Source: a virus
DNA length: 64,000 nucleotides
Strand: one strand, 5' to 3'
IMG/VR virus record: IMGVR_UViG_3300037336_000025
Coordinates: 32,001 to 96,000 of that record
In this document: positions 49,249 through 56,504 of the stretch, one piece after another
Layout of the letters: the number at the start of each line of letters is the position of its first letter
Numbering within the stretch: position 1 is the first letter of the stretch
Translations under genes and position numbers: made by a program
The notes under the pieces: model-generated
Seen by the model: the letters and a program-made list of their open reading frames with translations, nothing else
Told to the model about the DNA's origin: nothing
The model's database searches: none

Positions 49249-49682
49249 TGACATGGTACTATAAGAAGAAAGAAATTACTGCAATCTCCGAAGATTATAT
49301 CGGTTTCGTATATCTTATTACCAATGTCATCTCTGGGCGCAAGTATATAGGCAAAAAACTAGCAAAGTTCGCAAAAACAACTTATAAAACAGTTACACTT
49401 AAGAACGGCACTAAGAAAAAAAAGAAAATTAGAGGCAAGATTGAAAGCGATTGGAAGGACTATTATGGTTCTAGCGATGCGCTTACAGCAGATATTAAGA
49501 CTTTAGGCAAAAATAACTTCACCAGAGAAATTCTATTTTACTGCAAAAACAAATCAGAATGCAGCTACATCGAGGCAAGAGAACAATTTAAACACAAAGT
49601 TCTAGAATCTACTGACTGGTACAACGGTCACATACAGGTTCGAGTTCACGGCTCACATATCCTCAAAAAACCCAAAATTTAA
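49245..49682 (+). CDS. Stand-alone GIY-YIG (Seg-like) nuclease domain
   Basis: GFVY-x10-YIG, YYGSS, NFTREIL, catalytic-type Glu (YIEARE) and YN; 145 aa with no C-terminal DNA-binding domain; Lys-rich insertion. Confidence 0.85.
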   Translation: MMTWYYKKKEITAISEDYIGFVYLITNVISGRKYIGKKLAKFAKTTYKTVTLKNGTKKKKKIRGKIESDWKDYYGSSDALTADIKTLGKNNFTREILFYCKNKSECSYIEAREQFKHKVLESTDWYNGHIQVRVHGSHILKKPKI

Positions 49683-49689
49683 GCAACAC

Positions 49690-50216
49690 CATTGCCGCTA
49701 GGCACAGACAATTTCAACAAATCCAGGCATTTAATCACCAAAAAAGCCCGCACCGGCGACTATTACTGTGCCCTAAATCCGTTCTGATGTGTGACGGTAA
49801 GGAATCTCTACTTGGTGAAGAGGTTATAAATCACTATCCTTAACAGGACGACGATCGGATACGCCTACGTACAACCGGTTTGATTTATAAAGAGAATATT
49901 AAAAAGGCTAAAAGATGGGAGAGAGACCCACGATTACTATGTGCGATAGCGTGTGCATAGTAATTCGCCGTTATTATTAAGACGGAATGAGTAGGTACCG
50001 GATAACCGCCTACGCAAGCAGCAATGCTTATAGTTCTAACGCTACTGTGTACTGTGCAACTCGCATAATGCTAGATTTTCTTAGCCCGCAAGGGCTAAGT
50101 GTGACTGAACAATCTGCATAATACTTAATTGCATTAATAACATATCTCTTAAAATACTGTTAAATAAAAGAAGTGCTTTGAGCGTGAGCGAAAAAGCAAA
50201 TGAGCTTTAGCTCATT
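49690..50216 (+). ncRNA. Candidate large structured non-coding RNA (about 530 nt), family unassigned
   Basis: The 596-nt gap (49683-50278) is the only long non-coding gap in the window and has no ORF in the track. It holds more than 10 helices, e.g. 49824-49833/49881-49890 (perfect 10 bp), 49933-49945/49952-49964 (13 bp with G.U), 49991-49995/50009-50013, 50016-50029 and 50080-50099 (GCAA tetraloops). GNRA loops and G.U pairs favour the + strand. Boundaries are approximate. Confidence 0.7.
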
Positions 50217-50223
50217 ATTGTAA

Positions 50224-50229
50224 TAAATA
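50224..50229 (+). promoter_or_regulatory. Putative late promoter TAAATA
   Basis: Immediately after the last hairpin of the candidate RNA and upstream of ORF 50279; a second copy lies at 50161-50166. Confidence 0.45.
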
Positions 50230-50278
50230 AACTATAGATCTGAAAAAGATTATAACATATGCCTAGGAATGAATTAAA

Positions 50279-50836
50279 ATGCGACTAACTGAAATCTTAA
50301 CTGAATCACAAGAACTTGAAGAAGGACCGTTAGGTGCTATTGGTCGTGGACTAGCTAAGGGCATTGGCGGGGTTGCTAAAGGCGTTGGTATGATTGGCGG
50401 CATTGCAGGTGGCGTTAAGAAAGCGTACCAAAAAGGTAAAGCTACTTCTACTGCAACCATTGCAGGTGATGTTCCAGATGCAGAACAAGATCCAGCTGCA
50501 GAACAAGATCCAGCTGTGAAAAAAGCATATGACGATGAATATGCTAAAGTTACGGCTCCTAAGAAAGCAGCTCCTAAGAACGCAGCACCAATGGCAGCAG
50601 CATCTGGGTACAAACAAGCACAGCAGGCCATTGCCACTTTAAAGCCTAGCGAGAAACAGAAAATTCTTGCTATGCTACAAACTTCAATGACAGCGCCGGC
50701 TCCTGTACGCAAAAATCCAGTTAGAGTTACTGGCAGAGCAGCAGCTCAACCAGCTCAACCAGCTATGCAGACTCAAAGTAAAGTTAATAGCGGTAAAGTA
50801 GTTGCCGAAGGCTTTACATTGTTCCGTCAAAAGTAA
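50279..50836 (+). CDS. Hypothetical Ala/Lys/Pro-rich protein, possible head-internal protein
   Basis: N-terminus MRLTEILTESQELEEG carries L/I-x-E motifs; low-complexity body; AGGA SD; followed by a terminator. Confidence 0.65.
   Translation: MRLTEILTESQELEEGPLGAIGRGLAKGIGGVAKGVGMIGGIAGGVKKAYQKGKATSTATIAGDVPDAEQDPAAEQDPAVKKAYDDEYAKVTAPKKAAPKNAAPMAAASGYKQAQQAIATLKPSEKQKILAMLQTSMTAPAPVRKNPVRVTGRAAAQPAQPAMQTQSKVNSGKVVAEGFTLFRQK
50479..50516 (+). repeat. Exact 18-bp tandem duplication (TGCAGAACAAGATCCAGC x2) encoding AEQDPA
   Basis: Read directly from the sequence; in-frame within ORF 50279-50836. Confidence 0.9.
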
Positions 50837-50850
50837 TATATACAGCCAAC

Positions 50851-50877
50851 AAAAAGCCTGCTTTAAGCAGGCTTTTT
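50851..50877. terminator. Bidirectional intrinsic terminator
   Basis: AAAAAGCCTGCT-TTA-AGCAGGCTTTTT perfect inverted repeat with A/T tracts on both sides, between convergent genes. Confidence 0.9.
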
Positions 50878-50882
50878 TATGA

Positions 50883-51086
50883 TTAAAAGAAAGGTAAGTT
50901 AGTTTTCTTTGTAGTCTCTAAGTTTTCTTTAATAATCTCAGCAACAATTTCTCTTTCATCATGACTTAGATTCATGCCTTCACTATAAGAAAGACCTCTC
51001 ATGTACCAACACATTTTGAGAACGTCTTTCTTGATTCCCTTAACCTCAGACTCCATCCGTTTGGCTATCTGTAAAATCTCCGGCAA
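50883..51086 (-). CDS. gp51: gp51-like baseplate hub assembly protein; probably translated as a -1 frameshift extension of the gp26-like gene
   Basis: LKMCWYMRGLSYSEGMNLSHDERE motif typical of gp51-like proteins (...Y.....E..N....ER). Only a TTG start without SD; the frame stays open upstream to 51152 across a slippery site. Confidence 0.65.
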   Translation of the reverse strand: MPEILQIAKRMESEVKGIKKDVLKMCWYMRGLSYSEGMNLSHDEREIVAEIIKENLETTKKTNLPFF

Positions 51087-51119
51087 AGGGCTGTTTAAGA
51101 TTTTACTGCGAAAAAATTT
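51071..51119 (-). promoter_or_regulatory. Candidate programmed -1 ribosomal frameshift signal
   Basis: Minus strand: A_AAT_TTT (51119-51113, overlapping T_TTT_TTC) in the gp26 frame, a 6-nt spacer, then a perfect 9-bp stem GTAAAATCT/AGATTTTAC (51106-51098/51079-51071). The -1 frame is exactly the gp51-like ORF. Confidence 0.7.
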
Positions 51120-51961
51120 GATTGGTCCATTGTCACAGGTAGTAAGAACTCCTTATGACAGTCTCCGCATTGGACATCTTTTGCTTTAAACTCTATAGTA
51201 TCTTTAATTTTAGTAATGTGTGTTTGGATAGCTTCAAATACATCTTTAGATGAATTATTAATAAAGTCTTTGATCTGAACTTTATCGTCAGTGGATCCGT
51301 CTGGAGTTTCAATATGTGTAATGCAATCTGCAATAATATCAACTGTGAGTTCAGTTAGTCTAACAAAACTTTCACCAAACTTTTCTAACTTTAGTTCATC
51401 GCTGATTTCTTCATTATTGATAATACTAAAAATCTTCTGTTGCTCTAGTGTTTTAATTGATGCTTTTGTAACTTCTTTATAGTTGTAAGGTCTCACATGC
51501 ACGTTTAGCGGCCCAGCTTCTACAATTGAATTGTAAGTAAATTGGCTAAAGATACCAATCCAGTCTGACAGGTTGATATCGTAGGTATTTTCTTCTTTGC
51601 AATGTGGACAGTCTACTCTAACTTCCATGTTTTCGCCGTAGGTAGCGATGCGGATAGCAATGAGTGCAAAGTCTAGATCAATACTGGGCATTGCCCAGGG
51701 ATCTAAAATAGCAGGAATACAACTTTTAATAACTTCAACTGTACTTTGCCCGCTTAACAGTGCATCAGGAGTTTTAAACATTAACTCGTCTTTGGCAGTC
51801 ATTGAGTATACAGGATATTCTTCGTTTGCACTAACGTCTAATGCACCTGGGGGATAGAATCGACCTTGACTAGGCAATCTCACATAGATTTTAGGCTGTC
51901 TATACCAATTAGCCAAAGGATTTAATTTTGGCGTTTGCGGTATATTTACATTTTGATTCAT
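51095..51961 (-). CDS. gp26: Baseplate hub assembly protein gp26-like (288 aa)
   Basis: VYSMTAKDELMFKTPDALLSG...DLDFALIAIRIATYGE...CPHC...and C-terminal CGDC zinc motifs. Start corrected from 52045 to ATG 51961 (GGAG SD at 51968-51971). Confidence 0.8.
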   Translation of the reverse strand: MNQNVNIPQTPKLNPLANWYRQPKIYVRLPSQGRFYPPGALDVSANEEYPVYSMTAKDELMFKTPDALLSGQSTVEVIKSCIPAILDPWAMPSIDLDFALIAIRIATYGENMEVRVDCPHCKEENTYDINLSDWIGIFSQFTYNSIVEAGPLNVHVRPYNYKEVTKASIKTLEQQKIFSIINNEEISDELKLEKFGESFVRLTELTVDIIADCITHIETPDGSTDDKVQIKDFINNSSKDVFEAIQTHITKIKDTIEFKAKDVQCGDCHKEFLLPVTMDQSNFFAVKS

Positions 51962-51973
51962 ATTTTTCTCCGA

Positions 51974-52001
51974 TAAATACAATAGTGTTATAACGTATTT
52001 A
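51974..52001. promoter_or_regulatory. Face-to-face pair of late promoters (TAAATA + strand 51974-51979; TAAATA - strand 51996-52001)
   Basis: TAAATAC...GTATTTA 7-bp inverted repeat in the divergent gp26/tape-measure gap. Confidence 0.55.
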
Positions 52002-52029
52002 TGTACGCAGTTTACCAGGAATTTATTTA

Positions 52030-54528
52030 ATGGCATCAGTAACAATTGATATACCAGGCATAGGAAATGTAGAAGCTAAGAATGCAGCGTCTGAAGCCAC
52101 CTTACGAGAGTTAGTCAGTGCTATTAAGGGAATGAAAGGTGGAAAAGGTAATAAAGACGACGAAAAGAATCAGAGAGATCGAAATAAAAATCAGAAAGAA
52201 GATAACGGTAACCGGAAAGCTAGCACTGATCATTTTAAAAGACTAACAGTTGGTATCAGTAGCGTTGTTGGAGGGTTCTTTACTCTAGGTAATAAACTAA
52301 CCAGCACTGTTAGCCAGTTCGCTCAGTTAGATGGTTCAATTACAGATGCAGCTGATATATTTAAACAGTTACCAATTGTGGGCGGCCTAGTAGGTGGAGC
52401 ATTTGGAGCAGTTGCTGGCGCAGCTGATAGAGTTACTAAATCATTTGTAAATGCCGCAGGCGGCGGAGCAAGTTTCGGTGGAAGCATGGCTAGTTTCTCT
52501 GCATCAGCATCTCAAGCTGGCATGAACATGGCAGAATTTGGATCATTAATTAAAAATAACGGCGCTGGCTTGATGGCCTTTGGTACAACTACCGAAGATG
52601 GTGCTAAAAACTTTGCACAAGTTTCAAAATCAGTACGGTCAACTAGTTCAGAGTTATATGCACTAGGTATGAGTAGTCAAGAAATTAATGGCGGTCTTAT
52701 TCGATATGGTGCGTTATTAAGAAGTCAAGGGTTGTCTGGCGGTAAGACTAATGCTCAACTAGCACAAGGTGCAAGGACATATCTAAAAGAGATGGACGGC
52801 CTTGCAAAGATTACCGGCGAAGAACGTTCTGCTAAAGAAGCACAAGCAGCAACACTGGCTAAAGATGCACAGTTCCAAGCAGCAATGGCTGGACAAAACG
52901 AAGAAGTACAAAAGTCTTTTAGAAATACTGTTCTCGGATTGCCAGAACCGTTGCAGAACTTTACCAAAGATATGTTGGCCAACGGTACAGCAACTACTGA
53001 AGAGAATCAAAAGTTGTTAGCGCAATTGCCTCAGTCGGCGGCTATGTTAACTACTATGCAACAGAAGATGCAGCGTGGTGAAGCGGTTACTGATGCAGAA
53101 CGTAACGCTCTTAACAATAAAATGAAGGAAGAGGGTGCAAAGAATCTAAAAAATATTAAAAGTGCAGCAGCAGCCGATGCTAGTCTTGCAGGAACCACTA
53201 ATGCACTGGCAGCCACTTACCAAATTGCCACAGACGGTGTGAAGAAAGCAGGGGAACAACAGGGCGAAGCTGCAAAGAACACTGACAAGATGAATGAGAA
53301 GATGCAAAAGTTTCAGCAAAGTCTTGCAGAAATTGGAAACGCTTTTTCAATGGCATTAGCTGGAAGTGGTATGCTTGATGTATTAATGGGAGCATTTAAA
53401 ATTGTTGCCGATCTAGTAACAACTTATGTGTTACCTGCCTTTATGATTTTTAGCGATATTATTACACAAGTTGGTATGTATCTTGTAACAAATTTAAAAC
53501 CAATATTTGAAAGTATTGGAAACTTTATTAGAGATAGCCTGTACCCAGCTTTCCTAACTTTGGCAGCATTTGTGTTGGTAGATATTGTTCCAGTACTGCA
53601 AACAATGGCCACAGTAATATCCGAATATGTTACTCCGGTGTTATCTGTTATAGGTCAAGTATTTCAATCAGTTGCATCTTTCATTGCTGATAATTTTATG
53701 CCTATAATGTACGGTCTAGGTGCAGGGCTTGCAACATTAACTACTTTATATCTAATTAAAAACGGAGTATTACTAGCTGCAATTGTTGCGCAAAGCGCAT
53801 TAACTTTAGCAATGGCACTATTAACTAGTCCGATATTCTTACTTATTGCAGGCGTTGTTACATTAGTTGCTATTTTTAAATCATTATATGATAGTGGTTA
53901 CACATTTAGCTCTGCACTTGACATGATTGTTGACAATATTTTAAATTTAATAAACAAGATTACGTTTGGCTCAACAGGAATTAGTGACGATGAGCTCAAA
54001 TCTAGAAATGATAAACGAGATCTAGAAAAAGAAAAGATAGCAGCTGAGCGCGATGTTGATAGCAATAAAACTGCCAGAGCAGAAAAAGCTGCTGAAATTG
54101 ATAAAAAATTAATTACTTTAAAAGACAAACACGTTAAGAAATTAGGTGTTGAAAACGATAAAACAGAAGCAGCACAATCAAAGACTAATTTTAATACAAG
54201 CAACAGTTTAGATTTGTTAAAATCCGAAGTAGCAATTGCCGGAGGTCCAAAATCAGGCGGTATGGCCACAGCTGAAACCGGAAAGAGAGATATTGAAACT
54301 AAAAAAGAAGCTGAAGTTAAAGCCAAAGCAGACGAAGAAGAGATGAAGAAATCAGGAGGTGCCGCTACTGCTACTGCACCTACTCAAGAATCAGCAGAAT
54401 CATTACTTGCTAGCTTAAATACTAAGTTGGAGCAGTTAATAAAAGTAAATATGAACATGAAAGATGTTCAAGATAGACAGCTTACAGTGCAGCAAGGATT
54501 GAGCGGTGACTTATTTGCCAGCGTCTAA
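52030..54528 (+). CDS. Tape measure protein (832 aa)
   Basis: Long Ala/Gly-rich helical protein with amphipathic Pro-spaced repeats and a hydrophobic stretch; adjacent to the gp26/gp51 chaperone pair. Confidence 0.75.
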   Translation: MASVTIDIPGIGNVEAKNAASEATLRELVSAIKGMKGGKGNKDDEKNQRDRNKNQKEDNGNRKASTDHFKRLTVGISSVVGGFFTLGNKLTSTVSQFAQLDGSITDAADIFKQLPIVGGLVGGAFGAVAGAADRVTKSFVNAAGGGASFGGSMASFSASASQAGMNMAEFGSLIKNNGAGLMAFGTTTEDGAKNFAQVSKSVRSTSSELYALGMSSQEINGGLIRYGALLRSQGLSGGKTNAQLAQGARTYLKEMDGLAKITGEERSAKEAQAATLAKDAQFQAAMAGQNEEVQKSFRNTVLGLPEPLQNFTKDMLANGTATTEENQKLLAQLPQSAAMLTTMQQKMQRGEAVTDAERNALNNKMKEEGAKNLKNIKSAAAADASLAGTTNALAATYQIATDGVKKAGEQQGEAAKNTDKMNEKMQKFQQSLAEIGNAFSMALAGSGMLDVLMGAFKIVADLVTTYVLPAFMIFSDIITQVGMYLVTNLKPIFESIGNFIRDSLYPAFLTLAAFVLVDIVPVLQTMATVISEYVTPVLSVIGQVFQSVASFIADNFMPIMYGLGAGLATLTTLYLIKNGVLLAAIVAQSALTLAMALLTSPIFLLIAGVVTLVAIFKSLYDSGYTFSSALDMIVDNILNLINKITFGSTGISDDELKSRNDKRDLEKEKIAAERDVDSNKTARAEKAAEIDKKLITLKDKHVKKLGVENDKTEAAQSKTNFNTSNSLDLLKSEVAIAGGPKSGGMATAETGKRDIETKKEAEVKAKADEEEMKKSGGAATATAPTQESAESLLASLNTKLEQLIKVNMNMKDVQDRQLTVQQGLSGDLFASV

Positions 54529-54543
54529 TAATAGGATAATATA

Positions 54544-56247
54544 ATGAGTTGGAAAAAATACTTCACCCCAGTAGACACATCGAATCAATCAGGATCAATG
54601 AGTCCATTGGGCGGCCAAGGGCGGCCCGGGCCAGCTCGTACTAATTACTCAAGCTACTTGCCAGATGTATACGCAGGTAGTCCGAACCGTATTGAAAAGT
54701 ATATTCAATACGACACAATGGATATGGACAGTGAAGTTAACGCTGCATTAGATATCCTTGCTGAATTTTGTACACAGCGCGATAAAGAAAACGAAACACC
54801 GTTTAGTACACACTTCCGCGGCAAGCCAACTAGCACTGAAGTTAAACTAATTAAAGACAGCCTGCAGAAGTGGGTCAAGCAACAACAATTTGAAACACGT
54901 ATATTCCGCATTGTGCGTAATGCATTCAAATACGGCGACTGTTTCTTTGTACGTGATCCTGAAACTAAAAAATGGCTATTTGTTGATGCTGCTAAAGTAA
55001 GCAAAATTATTGTAAACGAAAGCGAAGGTAAAGTTCCTGAGCAGTATGTTATTAAAGATATGAACTTCAACTTTGCAAATCTAGTTGCAGTTACTCCACA
55101 CGGAACATCTAACACTAGCCCTAGCGGTACAAGCTCTTACACCACAGGTGGCGGATTTGGACGCGGTATGGTTGGTGATATGGGACAGTCTCCTGGTACA
55201 CGTTTTCAAAATGCTTCAAACGAATTTTGCGTTGATGCAAAAGATGTTGTGCATATTTCATTAAGTGAAGGACTAGATAGAAACTATCCTTTCGGCAATA
55301 GCTTGCTAGAATCAGTATTCAAAGTTTACAAGCAAAAAGAATTGCTGGAAGATGCAATTATTATCTATCGTATTCAACGTGCGCCTGAACGTAGGATTTT
55401 CTATGTTGACGTGGGTAATATGCCAGCACACATGGCCATGAGCTTTGTTGAACGTGTTAAAAACGAAATACAGCAGCGCCGCATTCCTAGTGCTAGTGGC
55501 GGCGGTTCAAACATTGTTGACTCAAGTTATAATCCATTAAGCACTAACGAAGATTATTTCTTTCCGCAGACAGCAGAAGGTCGCGGATCAAAAGTAGAAA
55601 CGTTACCAGGCGGTACTAACCTAGGTGAAATTACTGACTTACGCTTCTTTACTAACAAGTTATTCCGTGCGTTGAGAATTCCCAGTGCTTACTTGCCAAC
55701 AGGTGTTGAAGAATCAAGTAACTCAGTTGCCGATGGCAAAGTTGGCACAGCATACATTCAAGAACTACGATTTAACAAGTACTGCGAACGGTTGCAGGCA
55801 ATGGTTGTCGAAACATTCGACTTAGAATTTAAGTTATGGATGCAGCACCAAGGCATCAATATTGATTCAAGTTTGTTTGACTTAAGATTTAATCCTCCGC
55901 AAAACTTTGCTGCTTACCGTCAAGCAGAACTTGATACTACTCGTGTTGGAGTGTTTGCGCAGGTGCAAGAAATTCCACATATGAGCAAACGTTTTGCTAT
56001 GAAACGATATCTTGGTCTTACTCAGGAAGAGATTGTAGAAAACGAAACATTATGGCGCGAAGAAAACGGCAACAAGCTAAAAGCATCTACAGATGCAGCA
56101 AGCGAGATGCGATCAGCAGGTATTACTCCAAGCGGTATGTCAGCTGATTTAGGCGGCCAAGATGAAACAGCTCCTGATGATATGGCAGCAGCAGCCGAAG
56201 CAGGCGCAGCAGCCCAGGCACCTGCAGAAGAACCTCCAGCAGTATAA
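54544..56247 (+). CDS. gp20: Portal protein gp20
   Basis: LLEDAIIIYRIQRAPERRIFYVDVGNMP...EDYFFP...GRGSKVETLPGGTNLGEI.D..FF..KL.RAL.IP signature. Confidence 0.96.
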   Translation: MSWKKYFTPVDTSNQSGSMSPLGGQGRPGPARTNYSSYLPDVYAGSPNRIEKYIQYDTMDMDSEVNAALDILAEFCTQRDKENETPFSTHFRGKPTSTEVKLIKDSLQKWVKQQQFETRIFRIVRNAFKYGDCFFVRDPETKKWLFVDAAKVSKIIVNESEGKVPEQYVIKDMNFNFANLVAVTPHGTSNTSPSGTSSYTTGGGFGRGMVGDMGQSPGTRFQNASNEFCVDAKDVVHISLSEGLDRNYPFGNSLLESVFKVYKQKELLEDAIIIYRIQRAPERRIFYVDVGNMPAHMAMSFVERVKNEIQQRRIPSASGGGSNIVDSSYNPLSTNEDYFFPQTAEGRGSKVETLPGGTNLGEITDLRFFTNKLFRALRIPSAYLPTGVEESSNSVADGKVGTAYIQELRFNKYCERLQAMVVETFDLEFKLWMQHQGINIDSSLFDLRFNPPQNFAAYRQAELDTTRVGVFAQVQEIPHMSKRFAMKRYLGLTQEEIVENETLWREENGNKLKASTDAASEMRSAGITPSGMSADLGGQDETAPDDMAAAAEAGAAAQAPAEEPPAV

Positions 56248-56250
56248 GAC

Positions 56251-56256
56251 TAAATA
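56251..56256 (+). promoter_or_regulatory. Putative late promoter TAAATA, 5 nt upstream of ATG 56262
   Basis: acTAAATAcaagtATG; no SD present. Confidence 0.5.
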
Positions 56257-56261
56257 CAAGT

Positions 56262-56504
56262 ATGCTCCTATTAGAATTTTTTTATTTCAACAACGAAAAT
56301 AACGACTTTGCTAACGATCGTAGATACGATAACAGTAAAGACAGTTCAGTTGTGAAAAAAAGCGACACTCGCAAGATTCGCTTAACACTAAGACAGATAA
56401 ATCAGCTTAGGTTACAATCTGAAGCGCACCAAGCAGAAGAAAATTCAGAGCAAGGGTTTATCCAACAGATGTATGGTATCCCAGTTGAAGCAGCAGCCGA
56501 ATAA
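56262..56504 (+). CDS. Small prohead-associated protein (gp67/68 position)
   Basis: 80 aa directly after the portal; MLLLEF N-terminus; RKIRLTLRQINQLRL helix. The call is syntenic. Confidence 0.6.
   Translation: MLLLEFFYFNNENNDFANDRRYDNSKDSSVVKKSDTRKIRLTLRQINQLRLQSEAHQAEENSEQGFIQQMYGIPVEAAAE

Noticed and set aside
49683-50278. Group I intron, RNase P RNA, tmRNA, tRNA cluster or CRISPR array as the identity of the gap
   Set aside because: No interrupted host gene and no recognisable P7 core (GACUA.../AUAGUC); no GAGGAAAGUCC, tRNA-like ends, T-loop GTTCGA or direct repeats were seen. A covariance-model search is still needed to exclude divergent members.
51962-52045. Track start for the gp26-like ORF at 52045 (and similar long starts at 1420, 3736, 5549)
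   Set aside because: These extensions overlap neighbouring genes or promoters; downstream ATGs with SDs or translational coupling fit better.
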